Shown: one piece after another, positions 48,041-61,600 of the stretch
Numbering within the stretch: the first letter of the stretch is position 1
Layout: the number at the start of each line of letters is the position of its first letter
NCBI RefSeq assembly: GCF_000002075.1
Contig: NW_004797366.1
Location: 47,656-111,655, forward strand
Source: Aplysia californica
Lineage: Eukaryota
Length of the DNA: 64,000 bases
Direction of reading: 5' to 3'
Notes under the pieces: model-generated
What the model was told of the DNA's origin: nothing
Databases searched by the model: none
Seen by the model: only the letters and a program-made list of their open reading frames with translations
Translations under genes and position numbers: made by a program

Positions 48041-48222
48041 CTGTCCCCTGGGTTTTATGCACCCCGCATAATTTAGCAAAATTTGATCATTTTTTTGCAT
48101 AATTTCTCATTATTTTCCTTTTTATCATTCTTTGTTAAAATTAACAGAATCGCATAATTTCACATTTTTGGGCTCAGTTTGCATAATTTCACAATTTTTC
48201 TTGCATAAAACGACGGGGACAG
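48041..48222. mobile_element. MITE family C, copy 2, inserted in a family-B retroposon
   Basis: Same TIRs; TSD ATCTAT at 48035-48040 and 48223-48228. Confidence 0.85.
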
Positions 48223-48572
48223 ATCTATCATCCTTGTCTCGCCTCCTTTTCTTTGTGTGCTCTCTCAAGTAACACCTAATCTTCAGCTCTTACTCTTATA
48301 GGCCTACTTGACCTAATTGTGTTGCCGGTGCAGTAAAAAAACAAACTTACTCGAACTTGTTTTGCTTTCTTGTGAAAAAAAAAAAAAATAGGACCATTGT
48401 GGGGTTGGTTACCTCACTATATCTCCAAGAACTGTCTGTGTGCTGTACTGTATCATTTTGTACATAGTCTTTTCACAACTCCTTGATCACGGGTGGCTGA
48501 AGGGTGCCACTGGTAGGTCCTACTTCCTTTCTTTTTAAATTTTGATTCTGTCTGTCCGTCTTACTCTTTTGA

Positions 48573-48745
48573 CGGGTGCTCTGGTGTGGTTGGCTTCTTC
48601 TTTCCTATCAAACATCTATCGTCCTTATCTCTCCTCCTTCTTTTTTGTGTATGTTACTCTCTTGTAACGCATCCATTCTTCGGCACTTATATGACCTTAT
48701 TGTGTTGCAAGTGCCGTAAACTCTTACTAGATTTCTAAAACTAAA
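48573..48745 (+). mobile_element. Family-B copy
   Basis: Consensus match; CGTCTTACT duplicated on both sides. Confidence 0.8.
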
Positions 48746-48859
48746 CGTCTTACTTTTTCCCAGCACTAAATGACCATTGTTGTGCCAAGTGCTTCTCTTT
48801 CCTCAAACTGACACCTTGATCAAAGTGCAATGTTTCATTGGATGTAGGCTCATTTTATA

Positions 48860-49272
48860 CGGTGGAACCAGGCACTTGTCAATTTTCAGGCATGTGGAGT
48901 TCTTTGTATTATCTGAAAACTTATTCATTTTCCTTGCTTTCAAAGAATAAAATACTCATCTATCTTGAATAGAAGTTGAGGTATTTGCGAAAGAAAGAGG
49001 TTGGGTCGCCTGGTTTTGGTAACAATAGCGAGAAAATGGCCACCAAAATTTGGTAAATTTGATAGCTAAAGGAAAATGACATATTTTGTGCCTTTAACCA
49101 ATGCTTTTCAGTAAAATTCACATAAGGAAGTGTGTATTTATTTGGACATAAATTAGGTTAAGCCAAAAAAACAAAAATTCGATAAAAAATTTCCACACTG
49201 GCAGATGAATGCCTGTTTCTCAGATTTCGTTATTTTCAAGCCTGCCTGATTTCACCACGCTGCCTCACATAT
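48860..49272. mobile_element. MITE family D copy (diverged)
   Basis: Colinear similarity to 2970-3463; right TIR GCCTGATTTCACCACGCTGCCTCACATAT. Confidence 0.7.
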
Positions 49273-49386
49273 TGCCTATTTTAGACTCCACTGTCTGGTT
49301 TTGTGTTTTGCTTGATATGGGTGCTCTTGTGTGGTTCTTTCCTACCAAACATATTAATATCATCCTTTTAAGTAAGTCTCTCCTCA

Positions 49387-49640
49387 GTGGGTGGTTGGCG
49401 GGTGCTCTGGTACGGTTTGTTGTTCCTTCTTTCCTATCAAACATCTGTCGTCTTTATCTCTCCTCCTCCTTTTTTATGTTTGTTACTCTCTTGTAACACC
49501 TCTAATCTTCGACATCTATGTAAAACTCTTACTCTTACTCTTACTAAAACTAAAAATCTATCTTTTTTTGTATTTGTTACTCTCTTGTTACACTTATTAT
49601 TTTTGGCACTTATATACCCTAATTGTGCTGCCAAGTGCCA
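49387..49640 (+). mobile_element. Family-B copy with partial tandem 3' duplication
   Basis: Consensus match followed by a second TTTGTTACTCTCTTGT...GGCACTTATA block. Confidence 0.75.
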
Positions 49641-49967
49641 TCTTCCTTTCTTTTCTTCTGCTTTACAAGAGCATCATCACTACATCAACATGTTTCTCAC
49701 TTTATGGACTCCGAAAAGTTTGCTAGGAAAACTTCTGTTTCAGTTTCAACGTGCCTTTACTTACTACTCTATGCAAAGACTGAATGGAGACACTCAGACT
49801 TTCACTTTTACAGTGGAATGCTATCAAGTTACAATTATTGTTAATAAATACAATGCTGTTTCATAACAAAAACCCTGGCTTGCGTTTATTTTGTCTCATG
49901 ATGGTGAATTCCCCACCATTTTTATTATACATGCATATATTTAATATATATATATTATATTGCCTAC

Positions 49968-50484
49968 GCCTACGCAACATGATCGGTTGAAGGGACGACC
50001 TAACAACAACGACAGGTGATTGAATTATGACGGCTCGCCCACATATGGCCTAAATAAGGTAAGGGAGGGGGGTTTAGCTTATTTAGAAGGTCATCCTGTT
50101 TTGTGGCTGATTTTGCGCAAGGGTGACAATAAGACGAAATGTATCAGACAAGGAAGACCGAGTGCCATGTTAAAACAAACGCTGACATGGGTCGCCACCA
50201 CTAGGAGAACGAGCGACGTTTCTGTCACATGTTCATGTTGGCGTCCATTGTTACTTTGTTACAGACTGGGTAAATAGTGACCACTCTTCTCACTTACGCT
50301 TTGCGCATGAGTTCTGGGCGGGGCTTATCATACTTATGGTTTATGAAAGATCACAGGCTTACCTCACCAGCTGCTGAAAATTGGTACCTATTGGTCAACA
50401 GTGGGAGGGGCCTACGCAACATGATCAGTCGGAGGGATGACCTAACAACATAGACAGGTGATTGAATTATGACGGCTCGCCCAC
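49968..50484 (+). repeat. Two ~75-bp direct repeats about 440 bp apart
   Basis: GCCTACGCAACATGATC...GACAGGTGATTGAATTATGACGGCTCGCCCACA near 49968 and 50410. Confidence 0.8.
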
Positions 50485-50731
50485 AACGCCACGGGCCAAT
50501 GCACAATTTATGACAAAACGTAATGGAGTCACTAAGGTGACCGTCTTAGACAGGTGTTATTGCTTAGTGTGATAGGGGTTGTGTGTTAAAATTGGTGGCC
50601 GCGTTGGACAGTTGCCCGTTTTACAGTTAAATTATATAGAAAAAACGCAAGGGGGGAAATGGAAAGTGTCCGTTTGTACAGGTGGCCGTCTTATAGAGGT
50701 GGCCGTCAGGGCAGGTTCGACTGTATATTAT

Positions 50732-50782
<51 letters not shown>

Positions 50783-52035
50783 CACACTTTCTTATATACC
50801 GTGCTTGCCCTTAGGGCTCTCACTCCATTTTAGTTACAAACTACACAATATTGACACTATACTGATGATACATAGTATGCGATGCAGATGCCCAGCACAC
50901 TATCATCAACACACAGTCTGAGGTGCATTTTTTTTTTTGCTTGACACTTAACAAAAAAGGTGTCACATAGTTCTGAGTCCTCTACTCGGTACAATCTAAA
51001 GGCTATCAGTCTGATTTAATGAGATGAAAGCTTGTCAGTAATGTTAGTATTCTAATACACCTCACCATCCCCAATACAAACTTCTATTCATCTAAGGAGT
51101 ACTGGTGTAACCCGCCCAGCCACAAGGTTTCAGACCTGTGTCATATATTTCTCTATATATATCAGAGTCAGAGTGTGCAGGTGAAAAACACCCAGTCACT
51201 TCCACCAATAAGGCATGAAATATGTCACTGCGGAAAAGGTTACGTTTAGTTATATATGAAAGGGACTCTTATGAGTCCCATCCCCATCCCTGTCATTCTT
51301 AGAATGTGATATACCAAGTAAAAGGAAGAAGGGAACACTGACTTTGCAGACATTCTTACAGATTTAATGTCTCTACAATCAGTAGCATGTTCAAAGAATA
51401 TGAATTTCATATACAACAATCCTGATTGAAAACATGTATCACAACACACATCAAAGTTTTAATTAAAAACTTGGGACTTGGAGAGCAGTTTTGTACACCC
51501 AACACTTATGCCTTGAGATCTTGGTTGGTCTACACAAAACAATATTTCCTTGAACTTGAAGTTCTGGATCTGTTTTTGCAAGCTAACGGCCTTTCTACAC
51601 CAGAGATGGGAACTGTTGTCAGCAAATTAAAAGACTTATAAGAAAACAAAAATCTGTACCAAAGTTTTGATTTTATCCATTTCATTTTGCTGGGATCATG
51701 ATGAAAGTCAGTGAAAGAAAAGAAAAGTTTGTCTTCACATCCTTTTCACTATAAATTAGACAAGACTGATCTCCAAGACTTCGAATGACCTCTCTTGAAG
51801 AAAGAAAAAAATCATGAGAAGAAAACTTTACAATTCTTTCTTCACGGTTGCAAAAAGAAAGAGAAAAATGTCAACCTTTGCCATCTGCAATTATACACAG
51901 TCCAAAAACACTGGCTGAAACATCTCAACCATTTAAAATTAAAAATCATGGCCATAGAAGTACAGCTTCCTCAACTCTCAAGTTTAGTTTCTAAAATACA
52001 TCATGCAGTTCACCGGTCAATTGAGTCGGCCTTAA

Positions 52036-52755
52036 GTGTGGGGGCTACACCCCCAAAGTCCAAATTCGGCCCAAAATTATGGAATTTTAGTTGTAGGCAT
52101 TTTTAGCTTCTCAGTCTCTCCTACAACTATTTCATCGTATAAGAACCCCCAAAAACCGTATTCTTTCCCATACCGGGCGTGTTTGTCACCGCCATTTCCT
52201 CATAAAGTCAGTATTTTATTTTTCTTTATCGCCCGTTTTCTCAAAACGCGACTTTTCTCTATACTTTTTTAAATAACTCCACCATTTTTCATCCAATCTG
52301 CATGAAATTTTCACAGAATGAAGAGAATATGTAATACTAAAAATGTATCTGTTGAATTTTTTATTTCTGGAATAGATTTTTGTTGGTGGAGTCTGGAGTG
52401 AGGATTTTCACTGATTTTTTGCAAACTTGAATGCGACCTCAGGAAAAAATAAATTAAAAATTTTTCTAATTCGTTTAGGAAAAAAAAACAACGACAAATT
52501 TTTAGACCTAATGTTTGTGAACATGCATGCAAAAAAACAATTAATTCCCATGAACGATAAGTGCGGTATTCATTACGTAAGACATGTCAACAAAATCCAA
52601 TATGGCCGTTGTATCCATGGAAACGAAACTTTTTCTCAAATTTGATAGCGGATTTTAAGACTCCTTAGTATGCTTGTTATATATGAGTGAAATTTGGTAA
52701 AATTCGGTCCAGTAATAAGCGAGATAGCTTTCAGGTGTAGCCCCCCCCCCCCCCC
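52036..52755. mobile_element. Kolobok-like non-autonomous element
   Basis: TTAA on both sides; short TIR GGGGGCTACACC / GGTGTAGCCCCC. Confidence 0.65.
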
Positions 52756-53126
52756 TTAAAGTAAGAAATAACATACCGGTACTCTGTTCATAACTAGCAC
52801 GAGACAAGATATTAAGTCTGTAATTTTCTGCCCCAAAAGGACAGTCTTTACAGGAGGTTGGCTAAATTTCTTGGCAGTCAATACTGAAACGTCATAAAAT
52901 TTGAAATTAAATGCTCCATTAAAAGCATTAAAAGTAAAAGCTCAAACTTCAAATGAGTTTCATTCACAAACTGTAGCAGCTTAAGCATATATATGGAAAT
53001 TTCATTTATCGTGGTATTTTCCCTTCACTCTATGCCCCATTGAGGGCAAATGTAGAGTACCTGCCTCTATCCAACCAAACTTTTGTCATAGCCTATTGCG
53101 TGTCTAACCTTTTCCTTAGATGAATA

Positions 53127-54036
53127 CAGTGGAACTCGGATTCAACGAAAGGAGTTGGATTCCCAGATTTTTTTAATTCACTAAAATCAATAAAAACAAC
53201 TGATTCAACGAAAACATAAATGAGCGGGCTCGGATTCAACGAAGTTGCTCGCACGGTGAACATCCCTAGCTGACGTGGCTTCTCTCATTTTTCTAGTGCA
53301 ACAAACCTTTTATCTATTCTAGGAAATCATCCATGGCACCTGTTCATGGACCATTATTTACTTCGCCTATATTGTCTTATATGCAACCAGTCAGCAGCTT
53401 TCTTTCATACAAATACAAGCATTGTCGGCATGCATACATGTCTTATCATGTCAGGGTTGGAAGGGCGGCCAGCACACGTGTGACTGTGCATGCGTGAGCG
53501 AGTCTGAGGGGGGAGTCGGGGCGTTGAACGTCAGTGAATAAAGATAGATCTACAAACGCATTACAGTTTAATTTTTTTTCCCCGGCTATTGATCAATATA
53601 ATATTACAATGAAAACCTAGTCTTAACATAGATCTACGTAATGAAAGCGCGATGGTCTGTGGAATCAAACGTTGTCGTATGCTAGGCTCTACACAACAAC
53701 ATGACTTGTACGGAAAACAATACGTTATAGATAATAGATAACACAGGTGTGCAATTGAAAGAATCTGCCCTTTCGAACAAATTGTGCTTGGTAGAGTTCA
53801 GTGTACTTTCCTGGAATTTTTCAAGCATTTCTTCTGCACAGGATCAAAGAAACGAGAATGCCTCTCATTTGAATCCAGACAACTTTTTTATCGAGAAAGT
53901 CGAAAGCGTTATTATACATTACTTGCTCAGTGCCTGTAATTATCTACACAAAAACCCAATGTTTGCTATAATGAACACTTGGATTCACGAACTTGAAGGG
54001 CAGACCTGACGACTTCGTTGAATCCGAGTTCCACTG
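53127..54036. mobile_element. Tc1/mariner (pogo/Tigger-like) non-autonomous element
   Basis: Perfect 23-bp TIR CAGTGGAACTCGGATTCAACGAA with TA TSD. Confidence 0.88.
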
Positions 54037-54516
54037 TATCATCACTAAAACTAAAACACTGATACCGACAGCTCACAAAAAGTATCTTATAATCATAACA
54101 TGACTACATATACACATTATTTTGTTCAAGAAGCTCCCAATCCCATTGTAATGATACTAGTGGCTAATTAAAAAACAAAAAACAAAACAGTGCCAGTGCA
54201 GAACACAAAGAGCTCCAATCAATAAGTACCATTAGCATTCAACTCAATCACAGCATAAGGAATTGCAATACATAAGAACGCTTTTCACTTTCTTTATAAC
54301 AGAAAGAACAAGAGCAGAGCACTGACCGTTCTTAACATTAACAATATATTCCTTTCAACCACATTGTGTCTGTTGCACTTCCTGCAACAAACAACCATAA
54401 TTGCAAAAAGTGTCAAGACAAAATATGTGCAAGTTGTGTAATAATACATAACAGGTCGAGAGAGGTAAGCTGGAGATGTTGACAGACCTGATTTCTTTCC
54501 TGTGTGCATGAGCACA

Positions 54517-54567
<51 letters not shown>

Positions 54568-55481
54568 GAGGTGAAACCCCACTGGTGATTGATCATTATG
54601 CTTGAACATCAATGCTGATATTACATTATAATGTGTGTAATATTTACTTCAGCCATTTTGCCTTTCTTTCTTGTTCCTTCTTTATTCTTCCTACTGGGCT
54701 ATAGGTTTGTTTTCGAATGACTTATTTGCATCTAATTCATCATTGTACTCTTCTTGCCCATCGGTAAACGAATTAAAAAATCGTCCAACCAGTTCATAAT
54801 ATGACCGCAACTGTACCGATGCCCTTCAACCTAATTAATAACTCCAGTAAGAAAACAGTAACCTATAAGCTCTAAGCCATAACTTACATCAGACTGAAGC
54901 TGCACAGATCTCTTAAAGTACAACAAAGATTTATTCAGGCCCAGAAATAAAGCAACAATACTGATGCACAAGGTACAAAATTTGTTGGCACTATGATGAC
55001 AGTTATGAGAGTATTAAAAAAAAAGTCTGCTGACTACCTCAGAGCCCTTCAGACCCAAATTGGTCCAACCCTGAGGCAAGATGACGGACGAACAAAGGAA
55101 CGCCCTACAGGTCATGAACAGCTGGCAAGGGAAATACAAGAATAAATTCCACCTAGAAACCTAATGGAATTTTTCAACTGGGCAACAGCACACAAACCAT
55201 GAAATGATACTGTTGTAGGTTAGTGTACAAAGTAAGTGTAAACATTTTTTACAGCTTTCCTCGACCAGATACATTTTTTTCAGCAGTCTATAGCACTTTA
55301 AATGGTTTTAAGTAAAGCACATGAGTAAAAAAGGCTTGAAAATTTTCACTACAGCCAAATCACAAACAAAAGCCTAAATAGCACACAGTTAAGAATTCCT
55401 ATGCCAGCCAGGACAGAGCCCTGTATTGATGAGATGATTGTCTACAATGACGAGATTGAGAGTTCTGTACAACAACACCAT

Positions 55482-55618
55482 TCAGCCATCTTGGCCCTCT
55501 CCTCCTTCCTCCGAAGGTTGAGCCAGCTGTTGAGCCTCTGGTAAACTGCAGGTCAGTCCGTCCTTAGGGCAGCAGGCCATCCTCGGAGATGCAGGGTACG
55601 GACAGGCCCTGCTCGGAC
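55482..55618 (-). CDS. PPP1R11: PPP1R11 candidate terminal coding exon
   Basis: Pyrimidine tract plus aag| acceptor, GC-richer than its flanks, open in the required phase to TGA ([19 protein letters not shown]...GQDG*). Confidence 0.55.
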
Positions 55619-58600
55619 CTTATAGGAAATATGAAAAGGACACATTTTTACATAAACATATAACATATATATGCTTAGCTTACACAAATAAGGGGTCAGA
55701 GAAGTAAAATCGCTTTTAAAAAAAAACTAAAATTCATCTGTACTCCATCTTTTTTTCAACAAGGCCAAGAATAAAAAAAGGCATTGTGCATTATCGTTTT
55801 AAAAAATTAGTTTATTAATGTTTATTTCATCTATTTCAAGTAGAGTTCACCACTTGAGTCATTTTCAAAGGAGGAATAATGCTAGAGACTTTCTTTTCCT
55901 CTATTTCTATTTGAGACAAATGACACCAAAAGAAAAACGTGTACAAAATTAGGCCGTTCGTTTTAAAAAATAAAGAAATACAGGTTGCCTTTAAAAAAAA
56001 GGACCAACAGTGGAAACCATATATAACAGGCCCGGTAATAACAGGGATGTTTAAAATCCCCGTTTTTTTTCGACTCTTTGTCTCTATTAAAAGTTATGGG
56101 CAATAACAGGGCCTCATCGGAGCCCAACTGGTTATAGCAGGGACAAAGGCTCGTTAACAATGTGTAAAAAGTAAGAGAGAGAGAGAAAGGACGACCGGTC
56201 GGCCTAGATCTAAGCCTAAATACGAAATAATCCAGACTGTTGACAAAAAGCAAGCTCCACAGGCAGAGATTTGTCGTCAGTTCGACATTCCACAAGGGTC
56301 TATTCACACCATTATCAAGGATAGAGAGAAGATAGTGGCAGCATACTCCAATGGAATGCTCTGGATCGAAAGGAGATGAGACTACCCGATGCTGATGTGG
56401 TTTAAGGAGGCAAGGAGAAAGTTGGTGCCAAAACCCCTGTACGTGTGGCTAGGGAAACAAACCCATGAATAAGTACAGCTAGATTAGTCCACAAATGCTC
56501 ACTTTCCTTGCATTTCTGATTTAACAGGGATCGGATATAACAGGACTTTTTCACTACTCCCACCATCCCTGTTATATCAGGTTTCCACTGTATTTAAAGT
56601 TAAAGGGCAATATCTCACATCAAGAAATGCCGTTGCTTGGTTACAAGAAAAGTTTGGGAACACCTTGTAAGCCAAAAGCTTGCAAATGAATGGTCACCAC
56701 ATTCCTCCTACTTGAAGCCCTTCGAATGTTTTCTCAGGAACATTTTGAAAGTCAACGGTTTATAAATAGGCCATGATTTACTCAAACTAAACTATTCTAT
56801 TCATGTGTGTCTCTTCAACTCAAACAAGCAAACAAATAGACCTCAACTCTTTAAAAACAATCAATGCATGCAAAAGCATGAAATACAGAAAAAAGCAACA
56901 AAAAAGAGGATACTTTACAGCTCGGTTAACCTGCATCATCCCGGTGTTGGCCACCGCTCTCCGCATGATCGTGGCTGCTGCCGTTGTTGTGGGGGTGGGG
57001 GGAATGTTGGTAGCATTTCTTCTTGTGACCACGACAGTGAGGAGTGCAACCTTCATCATCAGAATCATCCGAGGACGATGAGGAATCAGACTCCCCAAAT
57101 ACTTTTGGCTTTTCATAAATGCAGCAACCTGAAAGTAGAGATTATAAGAGTAAAAAATTTCAAGGACACACTTTAAAAAAAAAATCACCACATGTGTTGA
57201 TTAAAGCTTAAAGTGAAACATGGCTTTACCCTATGATATTTTGAGTCTTGCATTACACAGAGGAGATAACAGCCCAGACTGTCTTGCAGAGAGGAACCAA
57301 TGAAACGAAATTATAGAAATACATTCGTCGGGCATTGTCATTTGTTCCAAGCTATCTGGTGATCAGTTACAAAGAACCTTACAATAAAGCTATTATCATT
57401 ACAAGAACTTTTGAAGATGGGCTTAAAAGTAATGCCTGCTATGCCATAACTTTTTACTCATTGTTGAATAATGAAAACGGCTACAAGTACAAGTACTTTC
57501 TAACCATTGGACCACCATCACAGAAAATGTCCATTCTTCAGGACATTCACTCTCAAAATTGCATGTGTCACAAAGCACAGTTGAGTACCTCTGTCAGAGT
57601 TAAAATGCCAACCTCCAAAGAGCTTTTTTTAAAACAACTTTAGTGACGTCTTTCATTTACATGCTCATGTCTACCTGATGATAGGTCTGAGGTGGCCTGA
57701 GGACTGATGGGCATCAGACTTGTAAAGGGCTTCTAAGAAAAGGAATTAGAAGCCAAAATGACTGATCCTGTGTATTCAGACTAGATGTAAAATGCCAGAT
57801 AAATTGTCTGTTGGAGTCAAATTGGGGTTTTTTAAAGTAAAAAATACAATAAACAATGAGGCAATAACTGACATAGGCATGAGACTCACATTTAGATTTC
57901 TTTTTCCCCATGAACTCGTTGTCCACTGTGTCTGTTGACCATTTCACTTTGTGATCATTTTTAGGTTTTTGCAGCCTCAGATGTAATACAGGAGGGCTCT
58001 GGGGAAGAAAAGAGGGACCATGCTTTACTTTCATTAGCCATCAAGACACAAAAACATTTCACAAGATCAAACCATTCCAGTCAAGAGTAAAAAGAATTAA
58101 ATAGAGGAGTCCCTTTCAACTGAACATGAATAATCCCAATTTTTTCTTTTACTTGCATTAGGCTAGGGCAACCTAAAAAAACCCCGAAAACCCAGAGGTC
58201 CCGGTGCTTCTAGTTTACAGACACAACTGTATTATATTATAAGACCTACGACAAAATAAAAAATAACAGCCAATGAGAGTTGCCATGCATTGTGGGAGTT
58301 TTCAAGATGGACAAACCTTCAAGCCATGAGTCACATGCATTGTATTAATCCAAGTTGATTTACTACGGTACCAGCTGTTTCACTCCATGTCATATGAACA
58401 GGGAAGTTTACTATTTATTTAACATGGGTCTCCTAAAATAGGGGGAAAAAACTACTTCACATACACTGACTGGCATGTCTTAATGGAGAGCTGAACATCA
58501 TCTGAGAAGTTTGATCAAAAGTATTGATAACCATAAAGCAAGGATATTATGGCTTCGCTCTCCTATTATCTTTCAAATTTTTTCTCGCTTGTTTTGAGGT

Positions 58601-61600
58601 ATCAGGTATCCTTGCCAGAATAATACAACAGAAATTAATTTCCACTCTCACTCCGACGGCAGATTTTTAAATACTCTAAGACTAAAATGAAAGAAAATAA
58701 TCGATTGTGTCCTCATAAGAAAACTTTGTTCTACAGATGACTAAACTGTTTGAACCATCCAGCAGAAAAACTTGCCCAATCTCACTGATACCTTTAAATT
58801 TATGACATGCAAAGGCAAAAGATTTCCGATAAACTTTTAGAAAGGTTTGTCTGTTTGTTTGTTGAGGAAAGAGAAGCACATGATAGGTACAATAACAAGC
58901 ATTTAAGGCTGAGAAAAAGCAAGAAAGAAAGACTGAAACAGCATTACACTGGAAAGAAGAGAAAGAACAGGACTAACAGTGGCACCCCCAAACAACCTCC
59001 ATATCAATCAGCAAGGAATGGACTGAAGTTTCTTTACCACAGAAAAAGAAATTTTACTAATTCACTATGGGCATTTAAATAAAGAAGCCATTGACCACTT
59101 CAGGCAGAAGTTCCGGAAAAAAACCCACCGCAATCAGAAGCAAGTTAAATTTAAGTTTCAACAGAGGATAAAAATTGAACTGGGAGGTAGTTTTTTTTAG
59201 ACGAAACGTACACATTTTACAAAACAAATATCCCCTCCCCCCACCCCTAAATCATACCAAACTCACTCCTGACCCCAAGATCAGCTTCCTCTTTCATTAC
59301 ATGCTTGTATAAAAAATAAATCATGAATAAATATAATATACATTCTTTTGATGGGCCTATGATATGGCTTTGGGCTGAAAAAAAATTATTTAAAAAAAAG
59401 ACTGAGTTACAACTGTAAACAGTATAGGCCCTTATACCTTATGTAAAATTGGTTCTCAAAAGTTATGAGCATTCGCATCAAATACAAAATTAAAATAATA
59501 TTTCAAAAGGACTTAAAGGAAGGGGGAATTTTTCGGCCTACTTTACACATTCATTTTAATGTTTTTGTTGATATTATAGGCCCCAAGAGCATGCTTTAGT
59601 AACACAATGCAAGGAAAGTGAATCTACCCCTGTCGCACAACCTTTGGTTTATGGTCAATTGACTCCGCGAAAAGCTAATTTTAATTCAAATTCAGTCACA
59701 CAGGCCCTCCACATTATAAGCATGTGACAGCGCATGGTATAGTAGGGTGCCTTTCATGACATCACTGGCTGTGCTTTCTTTCAAGATCATTCTCTTTTCT
59801 CTATCAACTCTTTCATTGCTTCTATGAGACTGCTCAGCAGAGGATCTTAGCTGACAATGTTGAAGAAAAAGAACAATGCAGCTCAAATTGCAGTTACTGA
59901 AAGACAAAAGAAAAGTAGGCGAAGAAAAAAAGTCAAAAAATTGAATTTGCTGCAAGCATGGTATTCTTAACTCTACACGACACTCTTAACAATCATCGCT
60001 AATTGAACAACACTCTCTAAACTGAAAACTCAGCTAAACCAAAGAAAATCTGAGATAATCTGGTTTTGGCCTGAACGATAACAATGGAGTGTGGGTTTTG
60101 GCTCTACCAATGATTACTTTCTAGTTCTAAACGATTACTTTTCGACATATGCCAATATGATGTTTGATGCGTGGGAACAGATATCAAACCTTGCAAAACA
60201 TCAAATTGTGGTTAAATTCAGGGGGGCATCCCCCCCCCCACTCCCTTTTCATATTTTTATTTGATCAGGGAGGGGCAAAATCCCCTCTTGTTAAAAACAA
60301 GTGAAATATTACTGCTCATTTTGTACTGAAAAATAGCAACGCATCTCTCGCTCTCTTTCGGATAAAACATCAATACCGAATATTTAAGTCAGTGTCGATA
60401 TCCAGTATTATAGGGGCCAAAACCGGAGAAAGCCCAACATCTGGCGGTCCTGCAGATTTAAAACAATGTCCACTGTACCTGGTGGAATTGGAATTAAAAT
60501 ACAACGCTACTTAAATGTCTTGAAATGGAGAGAAGAGGGCTGTTGGCACATCCGGCCGCACGCAAAATCCGGCCACCCCATGGGAACACTACTTTCCGTA
60601 CCTTGTAAGAGGTTCCCTGCATGACTAATCCGAGTCGTGCTGCGAAAATATTTGTTTTCTAAAAAAAATATTTGCTGCTTCCGGTTTCCGGTCCGCTTTT
60701 CCAGCAAATACCTCTTGGCGACCCTTTTGTTGCAAGTAAGTTATATCCAGTCCATCCTTTAGCTAAGATTGCCCATCTGATACAAGTTCAAGGTGAGTCC
60801 TTAATAGGTCTGGGAACACCCCGAGAACCATTATTTTCCGACTATTGTGCTAAATTTGGAGTATTTTCATGTCAAACGTGTCTCAAGTGGGGTGGCAATT
60901 TGAATTGTGAGTTTAGAAAATTACACACTACGGCCGGATTCGCTGAGTGGGGGGGGGCGAAGTTGAGCCGAATCTCCAACAGGCGGCCAGATTTTCCGAT
61001 TCGAGTACCACTAGATCTAGATCTAGTGGTGGTCGGCTAATGTTCAAAGAGGCCTAGAAAAACTAGATCTCTACATCTTGATCTATGCCGAGTTGCCTTT
61101 CCTGAAACAGTGTAGCTTAATCAACCTCTGGTTGTCGGAAGTTCTGATAGCCGCATGGGCAGCGTGTTTGCGCCTGAAGTCATACAATTATTTTTATGAG
61201 TATGGGAACGAACCCCGGTCCCGGAAGTTTTTTTGTTTTCTTTTGTTGTTTTTTTCCCCCCTCTTCTTCTCCTCCTCCCTAATGACTAACAATTGTTCCC
61301 CACAATTATAATTTAGCGAATAATCATGCACATTCTGGTTTTGTCCCCAAGAGAAGCTTTTACCAACAAAGTATAGTAACAACAGAATAGGCCTACTTTT
61401 CCTTTTACCAGTTTAGGCCTGGTTAAAGTTCAATAGTATAGGGATTTTCCTTGGTCTGTAAGTTGAATCATTTTTTACTTTTTTATTTTAACCTAGAGAG
61501 GCCAAATTTCAGCTCCACAATTGCAAATTTTCTTCAGCTTCAGTGGCCCTCTTGTGGCCCCCAGACCCCTGCCAATTATTATTAATATGTGCCCTGGTTG

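Noticed and set aside
19504-57950. Functional PP1 'operon' linking the ASPM RVxF motif with neighbouring PPP1R11
   Set aside because: RVxF matches are common by chance, and adjacency of convergent eukaryotic genes is not evidence of a shared system without synteny data.
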